Numbered from the stretch's first letter, positions 36,438 to 47,465 are shown. The stretch is 64,000 bases of DNA from an uncultured Candidatus Saccharibacteria bacterium (GCA_964488565.1 CAZAUE010000002.1:40048-104047); one strand, 5' to 3'. A program made the numbers and translations. The notes: a model not told the origin generated them from the letters alone.

Positions 36438-38444
36438 GTGGTAATGTCAGATATAAACATGGAAGAAATATTCAAGAATTTAAATGACAAACAGATAGAA
36501 GCCGTGAAAGCCGTTGAGGGTCCGGTTTTAGTCATTTCAGGTCCTGGTTCAGGTAAAACTCGATGCCTAACTCACAGGGTGGCTTATTTAATTTCTCAGG
36601 GAATAAGGCCTGATAATATTTTGGCCATAACTTTTACAAACAAAGCATCAAACGAAATGAAGGAGAGGATTAATGTACTACTCAACCAAGAAAATAAACC
36701 TTCTTTCGGTCGAATGGGTCAACCGGTAATCGGCACATTTCATTCAGTCTGCTTAAGAATATTAAGGAGAGAAATTACCATCTTAGGATATAAATCAAAC
36801 TTCTCAATTTTTGATACTAATGACCAGCTAAGCCTAATAAAAAAAGTAATGACTGGTTTGGAAATAGATTCCAAAAGATATAACCCTCGTTTGGTATTAA
36901 ATAAAATTTCCAAACTTAAAACAGATTTAATTTTCCCAGAGAACTACAACCCAACAGAATTTTTCACAAAAATTGTTTCACGAGTCTATAATGGCTACCA
37001 AGATGAGTTAAAAAAGATGAACGGTTTAGACTTTGATGATTTAATTGTTTTAACTGTTAAAATTTTCAAACAAAATCCGGAAATATTGGAAAAATATCAA
37101 AGTTTTTGGAAATACATCCTCGTGGACGAATATCAAGATACCAGTCATGACCAGTATACATTAGTAAAACTATTATCGGCCAAGGACAAGAACATCTTCG
37201 CCATAGGTGATGACGCTCAATCAATTTATGCTTTTCGTGATGCTGACATAAGAAATATTTTAAATTTTCAAAAAGATTATCCTGATGCTCAGGTTATTTT
37301 TCTTGAACAAAACTATCGCTCAACCAAGAACATACTAGCCGCAGCTCAAAATCTTATCTCAAATAACCAAGCTCGTGTTCCTAAAGAATTATGGACCGAA
37401 AACACGAAAGGGGAGAAGATCTATGTTAAAGAAACTCTCAACGAACGAGATGAGGCTGAATTTGTGGTTGATAAAATAGATGAACTAATGGAATCGGGTT
37501 ACAAGATTCAGGATTTTACAATTCTATATCGCACTCATGCCCAATCAAGAGCTATTGAGGAGGGCTTAATCACCAGAGGATTTCCGTATCAAATCGTGGG
37601 CGGTATCAGATTCTACGAAAGGAAAGAGATTAAAGACATTCTGTCTTACCTTAAATTTATGGTTAATCCAACTGATTTAATGAGTCTTGAGAGGATATAC
37701 AATGTCCCAACAAGAGGGATCGGCGAAACAACTTTCAACAAAATCACTGCAATTGATGCGCCTGACCTAATTCAATCAATCGGGATACTTGCCAAAGAGA
37801 GGGGCGACACCAAGCAAGCCAGATCTTTAAATGAATTTGAAAAACTCCTAACCGATCTATCTGAAAGAAAAAATGATAAAAATTTAACTTCCGTCATAAA
37901 GTACATAATCAAAAGAATTGACTATGAAGATTATCTGAAGAGTTTAGTTGCAAAAAAAGAACTCTACGACAACGTTGAGGACAAAATGGAAAACTTAAAA
38001 GAACTTTTAACTGTTTCAAAAAAATACGACCTACTAAAAGGCGAAGAGGGGATAGAAAAGTTTCTCGAAGAAATAGCCCTGCTCCAGGAAACAGACAAAA
38101 TGAAGGCTTCTGCTGACAGAATCACACTCATGACAGTTCACTCATCAAAAGGCTTGGAATTTCCTGTTGTTTTTATTGCCGGAATGGAAGAGGGTCTTTT
38201 TCCACACAGCAGAGCGACATTGGTGCCATTGGAACTGGAAGAAGAACGTCGTCTTTGTTATGTGGCTATTACAAGGGCAAAAGATCGCTTGGTCATGACT
38301 CATGCCAAATACCGAACCATTTATGGTACCACTCAAACCAACCTGCCCTCGCGATTTATTTATGAAATACCCAAAGACGTTCTTCATGTTCAACCATTAT
38401 TTGAAAGCATTAGTCGTTATGATGAGGATATTATAGAATACTAG
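36438..38444 (+). CDS. pcrA: PcrA/UvrD helicase
   Basis: GPGSGKT, VDEYQDT, GDDAQSIY, LEQNYRS, KGLEFP, EERRLCYVAITRA. Confidence 0.93.
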   Translation: MVMSDINMEEIFKNLNDKQIEAVKAVEGPVLVISGPGSGKTRCLTHRVAYLISQGIRPDNILAITFTNKASNEMKERINVLLNQENKPSFGRMGQPVIGTFHSVCLRILRREITILGYKSNFSIFDTNDQLSLIKKVMTGLEIDSKRYNPRLVLNKISKLKTDLIFPENYNPTEFFTKIVSRVYNGYQDELKKMNGLDFDDLIVLTVKIFKQNPEILEKYQSFWKYILVDEYQDTSHDQYTLVKLLSAKDKNIFAIGDDAQSIYAFRDADIRNILNFQKDYPDAQVIFLEQNYRSTKNILAAAQNLISNNQARVPKELWTENTKGEKIYVKETLNERDEAEFVVDKIDELMESGYKIQDFTILYRTHAQSRAIEEGLITRGFPYQIVGGIRFYERKEIKDILSYLKFMVNPTDLMSLERIYNVPTRGIGETTFNKITAIDAPDLIQSIGILAKERGDTKQARSLNEFEKLLTDLSERKNDKNLTSVIKYIIKRIDYEDYLKSLVAKKELYDNVEDKMENLKELLTVSKKYDLLKGEEGIEKFLEEIALLQETDKMKASADRITLMTVHSSKGLEFPVVFIAGMEEGLFPHSRATLVPLELEEERRLCYVAITRAKDRLVMTHAKYRTIYGTTQTNLPSRFIYEIPKDVLHVQPLFESISRYDEDIIEY

Positions 38445-38445
38445 A

Positions 38446-39189
38446 ATGGAAATAAATCCTAAAAAATCACTGGGTCAAAACTTTTTAATAAATGCTGGCG
38501 TATTAGAAAAGATTGTTGATGCAGCAGAAATAACTAAAGAGGATACGGTCTTAGAAGTTGGTCCCGGAACAGGAAATCTAACTAAACTAATATCCGAAAG
38601 AGCCGGTAGCGTTGTGGCAATTGAAAAAGATTACCGATTAATAGAAGACCTCAAACTAAAATTTCCTGCCATCAAATTGATTGAGGATGATATCCTTAAA
38701 TTTAAACCGGAAGAACATGGCCTAAAAGATAACGCCTACAAAATTGTTGCCAATATTCCTTACTATTTAACTTCAAATTTACTGAGGATCATCTTTGAAA
38801 AATGGCCTAGGCCAAAATTAATAGTTTTAACTATTCAAAAAGAAGTTGCCCAAAGAATCATTGCCAAATCTCCTGACATGAACTTACTTGCTCTATCAAT
38901 CCAACTTTATTCAGAGCCTAAAATAATTGGATATATCTCTAAGGGCAGTTTTCGCCCCATACCTAAAGTAGACTCGGCAATCATTAAGCTAACACCCAAA
39001 GAGGGGACAAACACGGAAGACAATGAAAAAGTTATTGAGGTTGCAAAAAAAGCTTTTGCTGGTAAAAGAAAACAACTACAAAACACTCTCTCGGAAATAA
39101 ATCTTGAATCTCTTGGAATCAATCCCAAGTCTAGGCCAGAGGAACTTTCTATCTCTGATTGGCTAAAAATGGCTGAGGATAGCTTTTAG
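38446..39189 (+). CDS. rsmA: 16S rRNA dimethyladenosine transferase
   Basis: KKSLGQNFL, LEVGPGTG, ANIPYY. Confidence 0.95.
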   Translation: MEINPKKSLGQNFLINAGVLEKIVDAAEITKEDTVLEVGPGTGNLTKLISERAGSVVAIEKDYRLIEDLKLKFPAIKLIEDDILKFKPEEHGLKDNAYKIVANIPYYLTSNLLRIIFEKWPRPKLIVLTIQKEVAQRIIAKSPDMNLLALSIQLYSEPKIIGYISKGSFRPIPKVDSAIIKLTPKEGTNTEDNEKVIEVAKKAFAGKRKQLQNTLSEINLESLGINPKSRPEELSISDWLKMAEDSF

Positions 39190-39204
39190 TGCTAAGATTA
39201 ATAG

Positions 39205-39765
39205 ATGAATCGTCGTCTCACTACAGTAATTGTTTTATTAGGAGTTGTGGTTCTGTTTGTTCCAAGGAGCACTCAAGCTGCCAACCCGTTCAGTATCTTT
39301 AAAATTATCGGTACAATAAATGATGCGGTCCGTTCAGCACAAATCCCTAGTGGCCCATCAGCATTGGCTCCTTTTGGAGGGAGAATAACAGAAAGCGGGA
39401 CGGCATGTAAGCTGAATTACTGGACAGGATATCCCATTCCCTTTTTTCCTTTTTATGTTACTCACCCAGGACCACCCATTCCTCTTTTTGGAACAAAAAT
39501 TAGTGTAAGTCGTCCAGGAATTCCGGTATCGGATGTTTTCACATTCCCAGGTATCACCAAAATTTACCCCAATCACAATGAGGACAAGGTGGGGAAATGG
39601 ACACTTGGTCAGGTTTATAGGACTAATTTTATGGGACCACTCATAGACAAAATAAACTCTACCCTAAGCTCAATGCCTCCTATAGTGGTTGGGCCAGTAA
39701 CCTTTTATAATTTTAGTTTAAGTTGCCCAGACGGTAAGGCAATCTTCAAGATTGGCACAAGTTAA
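39205..39765 (+). CDS. Hypothetical secreted protein
   Basis: Signal peptide ending TQA, PFGGRI, two Cys. Confidence 0.7.
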   Translation: MNRRLTTVIVLLGVVVLFVPRSTQAANPFSIFKIIGTINDAVRSAQIPSGPSALAPFGGRITESGTACKLNYWTGYPIPFFPFYVTHPGPPIPLFGTKISVSRPGIPVSDVFTFPGITKIYPNHNEDKVGKWTLGQVYRTNFMGPLIDKINSTLSSMPPIVVGPVTFYNFSLSCPDGKAIFKIGTS

Positions 39766-39814
39766 CATATCAACACTCTTATTGTTGGTTTAGTGCTATA
39801 ATTAGGGCACAGAA

Positions 39815-40732
39815 ATGGCAAATAAATTCAAACTTTTTGTCGGTTTTTTGGCATTGATAGCCCTATTTTCGGTTTACAGTTTCTTCAATTCTTTTAGCTC
39901 TCCTTCTCCGATTACAAAAACCGCAAACATGCTCCAAAATTCTACATCCTTTAAGGTTGATGCCGATACAGATAAAGATGGTTTAACCAATCGAGACGAA
40001 TCCTATTGGAACACAGATTTTCAAAACCCCGATACTGATGGTGATGGATTTTTAGATGGAGAAGAAGTTTCATCCGGCCATGATCCTTTAATCCCTAGCC
40101 CAAACGACCTTTTAAATACTGGCAACACGACATACAAACTATCAAATCTCACACTCTCTGGTCTTTATGAAGGTTCTCTTGCTCCGAATAATCCAAATTA
40201 CAACAAATCCATATATGACATGGCACTTGCAGTTATGGATGATGCCTCCAGCGAGTTAAGCTCTAAAATTTCTCCTGAAAAAATAAAGACCTCAAAATCC
40301 AACAAAGAAAACCAGGAAAAATACATTAGGGAGATATCTCCTCTAATCGAGCAGATGTTCTCAGCTTATGTATTTGAGTTAAATAAAATTGCAAGCGACT
40401 TCAATAATTCAGAACTATCTAACTCAGACGATCAAATAATTGAATTTTTCAAGAATCAATCTGAACAATATGATGAGTATCTCAACACAGCACTAAACAT
40501 CGTCCCGCCTAAAAATTGGGAGTCTGATCATGTTGGGCTTTTAAAACTTCTTGAAGACCTAAAAAATGTTCATGCGGCAATCTTTAAAAATAATACTGAC
40601 CCGATCACAGCACTTGTTGCAATGAATCGACTCAGTGGTCTTTTGGAAATAATCCCCAAAATAACACTATCTTACGCTGAAAAAGTTGAGGTTGAAAAAA
40701 TAAAAACCGAATCAACTATTTTCCACAAATGA
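39815..40732 (+). CDS. Membrane-anchored protein with TSP3-like Ca-binding repeats
   Basis: DTDKDGLTNRDE, DTDGDGFLDGEEV..GHDPL. Confidence 0.75.
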   Translation: MANKFKLFVGFLALIALFSVYSFFNSFSSPSPITKTANMLQNSTSFKVDADTDKDGLTNRDESYWNTDFQNPDTDGDGFLDGEEVSSGHDPLIPSPNDLLNTGNTTYKLSNLTLSGLYEGSLAPNNPNYNKSIYDMALAVMDDASSELSSKISPEKIKTSKSNKENQEKYIREISPLIEQMFSAYVFELNKIASDFNNSELSNSDDQIIEFFKNQSEQYDEYLNTALNIVPPKNWESDHVGLLKLLEDLKNVHAAIFKNNTDPITALVAMNRLSGLLEIIPKITLSYAEKVEVEKIKTESTIFHK

Positions 40733-42282
40733 GAGTAATCTTTTTAAAAACAATTACCTGCTTACTCTTTGTTATTCTTATTTATCCCAACAACACCGCA
40801 TTTGCAGCACCAACGGTTGGTTCAATTTCTGTGGGTGCCGCTAGATTTGGTGCTTGCTCCATAGGAGGAAAAATATCTCCCTACTTAAGCCAAGTATTGG
40901 ATGACGGCTACAAAAATCTCAATAAAGGAATAAATAAAATTATCGCCCGAATTCCTGGATTATCTAGAATACCAGGTATCGGAGGATTGGCTGGTGGGGT
41001 TCTCGGTGGAGATTCTGTTCCGGTCAATGATGCTGGTTTAAATACTATTCAAAGCAGGCTTTTGGCAAAAGAAACTTCTGGTGACATTGCAACCAGATGC
41101 GCTTCTATGGAGGTTTTGAATTTTATGAACACAAGCATAAATGATCTAGCCAGAAATAGTGGTAGAAATGGCGGAGCGTCCTGGATTAGAAATTGGAGAA
41201 ACTTTCAAACCGACTCCCAATACAGAGGAGAGGGAATATTTAGAGCGATGCTTTCAAATACAAAACTTTGCGATTACTTTAGCGGTGACCTTAAGGGGTT
41301 ATTTGGAGCAACAACACCAACGGCTGCACCCAGAAATACCAGAACAGGCAATCTTGATCCCTACGCCCTTCGTGCTAATTGCACTATGCCCTCAGGTTTT
41401 AATTTAACCAATTATCAGAACGATTTTTCTGGAAATGGTGGTTGGAATGCTTTTTCGAGAATGCTTGAACCACAAAATAATTACTATGGAGCTTTGTTCG
41501 GGGCTTTAGATGAGGTGTCCAAGCAAAGATCGTTAGAGGAGTCGGCTGATTTAAACCAAGTTATAGCAAACAGGGGTTTCACTGGAAGGAGTGGTGGAAA
41601 TGCAGCTGAAAGTTGCTCTTCAAGAGACCCAAGTGGTAAATGTCTTAGCTACAACGACATAAAGACACCCGGAAGTGTAATCGCAGATAGTATTGCCGCA
41701 TCAATAAAAACAGAACTTGATGTGGCTGTTTCGGCAGATGAAATAAGTGAACTAATAAGCACCGCCACCGATGTTTTAATAAACAGATTAAAAGACCTTG
41801 GTAATCCTAATGAAGGTGAGTACTTATCATATACACCTCCCGAAGTGTCTGAAGAAGCACCACCCGGAGGTGGTGGTCGTTGTGCTGGAACAAGCACGGG
41901 TCCAATCTATGAGGGAGCTCTTGATGGTGCAATTAGTGCTGTTATTACTGCCAATCCGGGAGGAATAGCCGATGAACTTAACACCGCCAATAATGGTTTT
42001 GTTTTTCTAAGCTATTTAGGCCCAGAACTAGAGCGAAGAGGATTTAACGCTACCGCTACGGTCTTGAATGGAAATGACAATCCCAACCAAGGAGATTTAA
42101 TTGCGCTTCAGAGACCAAACGAGCCGGAATGGGAACGATATGATGTAATTGTTAATTCCGGAGCAGGAGATGCTCCACTAAGGACAGTGGTCGGTACTGA
42201 CTATGTAGGCACCATTCCTTTGAGTTGTGTTACGGGTGGTAGTGGTGGTGGTGGAACACCAACTCCTGAACCGGCATTTTAA
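40729..42282 (+). CDS. Secreted Cys-containing protein of the T4SS-like cluster
   Basis: Signal peptide, paired Cys, DFSGNGGWNAF, IKTPGS; coupled to neighbours. Confidence 0.75.
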   Translation: MRVIFLKTITCLLFVILIYPNNTAFAAPTVGSISVGAARFGACSIGGKISPYLSQVLDDGYKNLNKGINKIIARIPGLSRIPGIGGLAGGVLGGDSVPVNDAGLNTIQSRLLAKETSGDIATRCASMEVLNFMNTSINDLARNSGRNGGASWIRNWRNFQTDSQYRGEGIFRAMLSNTKLCDYFSGDLKGLFGATTPTAAPRNTRTGNLDPYALRANCTMPSGFNLTNYQNDFSGNGGWNAFSRMLEPQNNYYGALFGALDEVSKQRSLEESADLNQVIANRGFTGRSGGNAAESCSSRDPSGKCLSYNDIKTPGSVIADSIAASIKTELDVAVSADEISELISTATDVLINRLKDLGNPNEGEYLSYTPPEVSEEAPPGGGGRCAGTSTGPIYEGALDGAISAVITANPGGIADELNTANNGFVFLSYLGPELERRGFNATATVLNGNDNPNQGDLIALQRPNEPEWERYDVIVNSGAGDAPLRTVVGTDYVGTIPLSCVTGGSGGGGTPTPEPAF

Positions 42283-44741
42283 TGATAAAAATAAAACTAT
42301 CAAAACTTAGTTTATTATTTGTACTAATCGCGGTGAGCGCAATGGTTTTGCTTCCAACACATCCAGTTAATGCCGCGTGTATTGCTGGATTTTTCCCCAT
42401 AACAGACTGCATTCTTGTGGGAACATCCTATCTTGTTTATTTAGTATTCACGATAGTTGGTCAAGGCATCGCTGCTCTGGTTGGGGTTCTTCAGTGGGTT
42501 ATAAATCTTCCTGTTTACCCAGCTGACGGCCAGAGAATCGCTGTTATTGATGAAAGTTGGAAAATAATGAGAGACTTTGCCAACATGTTTTTCATCTTAG
42601 CTCTTATTCTGATGGCGTTTGCAACTATTTTTGACGTTCTTCCTGGAGCGGCTAAATATAATGCTCGGGCTTTGTTCGGTAAATTTATTTTTACAGCACT
42701 TCTTATAAATTTCAGTCTAGTGCTCGGGGTTATGGTTATTCAAGGAACTCAAGTTCTAAATAATACATTTCTGACATCAATAGGGGACATGTCTAGTCAA
42801 TTGGGGCAAGCATTAAATCCGTCACTTTTACTTCCAAATATTAGTTCCGCAACAATTTCCCAAGCAGTAGATCAGGGCTTGTTTGGATCTCTTATTTCAC
42901 TAGTATTTGCTGTTGTTTTGGCTTTTACTTTTTTATTCAGTCTTTTGACAGCAGTTATCTTTTCCTTCATTAGAATTCCGATTCTCTGGGCCCTGTTAGT
43001 GATTTCACCGATTGCCTGGATTTTAAATATTTTTCCGGCAGGAGAAGGTATGTTTAAAAAATGGTGGAGTACATTCATAGGTTGGAATATGTTTCTTCCA
43101 ATCTTTCTGTTTTTCCTTTATTTCGGTCTTTATTTCCTTAAGAGCCAAGGCACCACAATGCAGGCAATAGCAGGAAGCTCTGGTACTGGTACTATTCTGG
43201 GTGACACTGTCACAAGTTTCACTTTTCAAATGTTGTTCATGTATGTCATGGCAGGAATATTCTTAATTGGTGGAACAATCGTCGCCATGAAAGCATCTAT
43301 GTTGTCTGGAACTGGAGTGCTGGGAATTGCGAAGTGGTCACGAGGAAAAGCGGCGCGCTGGACAGGATTAACCGGAGCAAATCAAGCTTGGCAGGAAAAG
43401 AGAAAAGAAATTGAAGGAGGAGAGGGGAGATTGGGCAGAATTTTTGGTGGTCCACCGATGGGACTTGAGTCATCCAGAAGACTGCTCGGTGTCAGAGGAG
43501 GAGATTACAAAACCCAAAAGGAATTCGTTGATAGGGCTGGAAAAGAATATGACCTTATTCAAAATCAATATGACACTGGCAAAATTAGTGTTAATGACAT
43601 AGTTGCCCGAGCTAGCCAAGGAAGTGCTACTAATCCAGAGACATACGCCTACAGAAAAATGGCTGCCAAAATGGGTAAACTTACTGATCCTATTTTTGAA
43701 AAAACAGTTAACGACTTGTCGGAAAATCCTTATGCTCTGCAAGACTTTATTAAAACAGCCAAAGAGGGCAAGTTTTCCGATGTTGGTGCTGGTACAATAC
43801 TTGATTTTGCCTCTCGACAAGGTGGTTTTGCGAATACCGGACCCAATGCACTTCCAGGTAGACGAGAAACATATAGACACATTCAGTCTAATGCCAAAAT
43901 AATGTCTAATCCGAGATTTGGTCAAAGTGAATTCAATCAAGGTGTAGACATTTTTGGCGGACATACAACCGCTGAAGGTCAAAGCTTCTTAGAAGATGTT
44001 GGCAAAACCAGACCTGACTTGGTCATAGATTACAATATGGGAAATGAGGATGTAATGAGAAAGATAAACGATAGAAGGAGAGAAGAGGGTAAAAATCCAG
44101 TTACTCGTTCAGAAATGTTTGATGGTTATATTAAAGACGCAAAAGATATCGCCAACCTTCCCAAGACTGTGTGGACAAATCAAGACTTTCAAAAAGCTCT
44201 CGAAAGAAAACTGTCTTTCGGTAGCCCCAAGGCTCAAAGAAATTTCCGAAACCGTATCATTGATAACCTTAGGACTGCCATGAACGGCGAGGACAAGAAA
44301 AATATTTTAAACACATTGTCAGGAGCTAGAGATGATGGACAAACACCAGACAATGACAACTTTGGAGAAGACGACTTGGATTTAGATAACGATGAAACTC
44401 CACCAACAGGGGGTGGTCCTGGTCCAACAACACCGCCAACCCCAACAACTCCTCGAACTAACAATGTAAACCCTAACAACGTCGTTAATTTAAGAAACCC
44501 CACAACTCAAAACACTAGGGGGTCAGGATGGCTATCTGATGTACAACAAAACATTGAGAGGCTCGGCAAACAAGAATTTACACTTGAAGATGCGTATAGT
44601 TTTGAGGGCGAACTAAGCACACTTCATCCTGAAAATAAATTTGTAAAAGATAAAATCCGACAACAACTACAGGTTCTACGTGATAAAGGATACCTTGAAT
44701 TTACTGGCCCAGGAAAATACCGAATAAAAAATAGCCCATGA
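42282..44741 (+). CDS. VirB6/TrbL-like polytopic membrane protein with C-terminal DpnI-like winged-helix domain
   Basis: Many TM segments (WKIMRDFANMFF, ALLINFS, RIPILWALLVISPIAW); immediately upstream of prgI-virB4; tail GWLSDV..FTLEDAYSFE..KDKIRQQLQVLRDKGYLEF. Confidence 0.8.
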   Translation: MIKIKLSKLSLLFVLIAVSAMVLLPTHPVNAACIAGFFPITDCILVGTSYLVYLVFTIVGQGIAALVGVLQWVINLPVYPADGQRIAVIDESWKIMRDFANMFFILALILMAFATIFDVLPGAAKYNARALFGKFIFTALLINFSLVLGVMVIQGTQVLNNTFLTSIGDMSSQLGQALNPSLLLPNISSATISQAVDQGLFGSLISLVFAVVLAFTFLFSLLTAVIFSFIRIPILWALLVISPIAWILNIFPAGEGMFKKWWSTFIGWNMFLPIFLFFLYFGLYFLKSQGTTMQAIAGSSGTGTILGDTVTSFTFQMLFMYVMAGIFLIGGTIVAMKASMLSGTGVLGIAKWSRGKAARWTGLTGANQAWQEKRKEIEGGEGRLGRIFGGPPMGLESSRRLLGVRGGDYKTQKEFVDRAGKEYDLIQNQYDTGKISVNDIVARASQGSATNPETYAYRKMAAKMGKLTDPIFEKTVNDLSENPYALQDFIKTAKEGKFSDVGAGTILDFASRQGGFANTGPNALPGRRETYRHIQSNAKIMSNPRFGQSEFNQGVDIFGGHTTAEGQSFLEDVGKTRPDLVIDYNMGNEDVMRKINDRRREEGKNPVTRSEMFDGYIKDAKDIANLPKTVWTNQDFQKALERKLSFGSPKAQRNFRNRIIDNLRTAMNGEDKKNILNTLSGARDDGQTPDNDNFGEDDLDLDNDETPPTGGGPGPTTPPTPTTPRTNNVNPNNVVNLRNPTTQNTRGSGWLSDVQQNIERLGKQEFTLEDAYSFEGELSTLHPENKFVKDKIRQQLQVLRDKGYLEFTGPGKYRIKNSP

Positions 44742-45046
44742 GATTTCAATTACCACAATTTATTGAGACAGAGACCAAAATAATTGGTCCGTTTACTCTT
44801 CAACAATTCCTGTGGATTGCCGGCGGGGTAGCTTTCATTTTTTTGTTCTATACTTTAATCAAGGGGGTTTTATTCTTCTTTCTTGCAATTCCGGTGGCTG
44901 TAATTTTCGGAGCCCTGGCCTTTGTTAAAATAGATGGCGTTCCGCTTATTGTTTATGCATCTTATAGTATTTCTTATTTCACGAATCCCAAAAAATATGT
45001 TTTCAAAAAAGACGATGAGGGTATAAAAGATTACACTAAGCAATAG
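44738..45046 (+). CDS. PrgI family (VirB3-like) protein
   Basis: MRFQLPQFIETETKIIGPFTLQQF plus two TM segments. Confidence 0.85.
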   Translation: MRFQLPQFIETETKIIGPFTLQQFLWIAGGVAFIFLFYTLIKGVLFFFLAIPVAVIFGALAFVKIDGVPLIVYASYSISYFTNPKKYVFKKDDEGIKDYTKQ

Positions 45047-45054
45047 ATACAAGC

Positions 45055-45711
45055 ATGGCAACCCAATCCACCAAACAATTAGTCGAAATTTCTAACATCA
45101 TAGACAATGTTGTTTTACTAAAAAACGGATCATTAAGATCTGTGATTGAGGTTACAGCAATAAACTTTGAGCTCCGCTCAGAAGGGGAGCAGATAGCCAT
45201 TCTTCAGAATTTTCAACGATTTGTAAATTCAATAGATTTTCCACTTCAGATAGTAATTAACTCCAGAAAGTTAAACATAGACGAGTATGTTAAGTTTGTT
45301 GAAAAATCTTCAGGCGAACTTACCAATGAATTGTTAAAAATACAGGCCACGGAGTATTCCAAATTCATTAAGGAGCTTTCCGACCTTTCTAATATCATGT
45401 CCAAGAAATTCTATATTGTTATACCTTTCTATGTTTTTGAGGCGCCTTCAAAGGCGGGGATAACCCAAAGCTTAAAAAGTATATTCAAACCCTCTACTGT
45501 TGCAAAAGAGCTTACTCCAGAACAATTGGAAACCTACAAAAGCCAACTTCTTCAAAGAACTGAACTGATTTTTGATGGCTTGGTTGGAATGGGACTAAAA
45601 ACAAGAACATTAGAAAAGGATGACTTAATGAATCTTTTCTATGGACTATATAATCCATCCACTAAAAGCGATTTTAAAAGCACTGAAGATAACACGCTAG
45701 ACTTAAAATAA
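45055..45711 (+). CDS. TraC/VirB4 N-terminal-like protein
   Basis: INFELRSEGEQ, NSIDFPLQIVI, KKFYIVIP; between prgI and virB4. Confidence 0.7.
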   Translation: MATQSTKQLVEISNIIDNVVLLKNGSLRSVIEVTAINFELRSEGEQIAILQNFQRFVNSIDFPLQIVINSRKLNIDEYVKFVEKSSGELTNELLKIQATEYSKFIKELSDLSNIMSKKFYIVIPFYVFEAPSKAGITQSLKSIFKPSTVAKELTPEQLETYKSQLLQRTELIFDGLVGMGLKTRTLEKDDLMNLFYGLYNPSTKSDFKSTEDNTLDLK

Positions 45712-47456
45712 TGGATATCGGACAAAATAAAAAATTAGACGAATTGTTTGCCCCTTCGGCTTTCAGCGTTTCACCTAACTATTTTCAGATAGGGGATAGA
45801 TATGCTCGCACGATCTTTCTTGCAACTTATCCGCGCTATCTCCAAACCAGTTGGTTTTCACCGGTAATAAATCTTGACCGAGTATTTGATGTTTCGATTT
45901 TTATATTACCAAAAAATACGGCCACGGTTCTCAAGCAGTTACGAGACCAGCTGGCCAGACTCCAATCTCAAGTGATGGAGGAATCCTCAAAGGGAAAAGT
46001 TCGTGATCCAATGCTTGAGACGGCTATCCAAGACATAGAGACACTAAGAGACAAACTCCAGCAAGGAACTGATAAGTTCTTTGAACTTGGGGTCTATATT
46101 ACGATTTATGAAAACAGCGTAAAAGAATTAGATGAAACTGAAAATAAAATTAAAGGTTTTTTGGAATATCAACTAGTCTATCCGAAACCGGCTATTTTCA
46201 GAATGAATGAAGGTTTTAATTCAACCCTTCCTATTAATGACGACCAGCTTAATGTTCACACCTCACTAAACACAGAGCCACTTTCTTCTTTGTTTCCGTT
46301 CGTTTCTTTTGACCTGACATCCGATTCGGGAATCCTTTATGGCATAAACACACACAATAATTCACTAGTCTTGTTCGACAGATTTGGTTTAGAAAACGCC
46401 AATGCTGTAGTTTTTGGAAAATCTGGAGGTGGTAAAAGCTATACAATCAAGTTGGAAATATTAAGAAGTCTTCTTTTTGGAACTCAGGTTTTAATTATTG
46501 ATCCAGAAAACGAATACAAATATCTCTCAGACACAATTGGAGGATCGTCGATAAAAATTTCGATTAATTCAGACCAACACATCAATCCATTTGATTTACC
46601 AACACCAAAATCCGACGAGTCGCCGGCTGACGTTTTCAAATCCCACATTTTAGAGCTTACTGGTCTTTTAAGACTCATGCTCGGAGAACTAACCCCAGAA
46701 GAGTCAGCCATCTTAGATGAAGCTCTTATCCAGACATATGCCATCAAGGACATAACTCCAGAATCAGATTTCTCTCAGTCATCTCCACCATTACTTTCTG
46801 ACCTTCAAAGTATTCTTGAGGGATTAACTGGGGCAGAATCAATGGCCATAAGACTACGAAAGTATACACAGGGAACTTATTCAGGGTTCTTGAATAAGCC
46901 AACCAACGTATCTCTTGATAATCAACTCATTACGTTTAGTATACGAGAAATGGAAGAGGAGTTAAGACCTATCGCCATGTACCTAATCTTGAATTTTATG
47001 TGGGTAACAATAAGAAGAACCCTCAAGAAACGCATTCTTGTTGTTGATGAGGCTTGGGTACTTATGAAATATGAAGTTGGCGCAAACTTTTTATCCAATA
47101 TCGCCAAGAGAGCTCGAAAATATTATGCTGGGCTGACAACAATCACTCAAGACATACCCGATTTCCTCTCATCGCCACAAGGAAAAACTATTCTGAGTAA
47201 TTCTTCAATACAAGTACTAATGAAGCAGTCGCCATCATCAATTGAGGTGGTAAAAGAAACCTTCAACCTAACTGATGCTGAAAAATATTACCTATTAGAG
47301 GCACGTGTAGGTTTTGGATTATTCTTCCTTGGGCAAAATCATATCGGCATTAGGGTTGTTGCCTCTTATGCTGAAGATCAAATAATTACTTCTGATCCAC
47401 GCCAAATACTTGAGATAGAAAAGGCAAAAGAGGAGTGGGCTAAATTAAGAGGGTAA
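45711..47456 (+). CDS. virB4: VirB4-like T4SS ATPase
   Basis: GKSGGGKSY, IIDPENEY, INPFD, VVDEAW, KRARKY, TITQD. Confidence 0.88.
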   Translation: MDIGQNKKLDELFAPSAFSVSPNYFQIGDRYARTIFLATYPRYLQTSWFSPVINLDRVFDVSIFILPKNTATVLKQLRDQLARLQSQVMEESSKGKVRDPMLETAIQDIETLRDKLQQGTDKFFELGVYITIYENSVKELDETENKIKGFLEYQLVYPKPAIFRMNEGFNSTLPINDDQLNVHTSLNTEPLSSLFPFVSFDLTSDSGILYGINTHNNSLVLFDRFGLENANAVVFGKSGGGKSYTIKLEILRSLLFGTQVLIIDPENEYKYLSDTIGGSSIKISINSDQHINPFDLPTPKSDESPADVFKSHILELTGLLRLMLGELTPEESAILDEALIQTYAIKDITPESDFSQSSPPLLSDLQSILEGLTGAESMAIRLRKYTQGTYSGFLNKPTNVSLDNQLITFSIREMEEELRPIAMYLILNFMWVTIRRTLKKRILVVDEAWVLMKYEVGANFLSNIAKRARKYYAGLTTITQDIPDFLSSPQGKTILSNSSIQVLMKQSPSSIEVVKETFNLTDAEKYYLLEARVGFGLFFLGQNHIGIRVVASYAEDQIITSDPRQILEIEKAKEEWAKLRG

Positions 47457-47465
47457 TCAATAACC

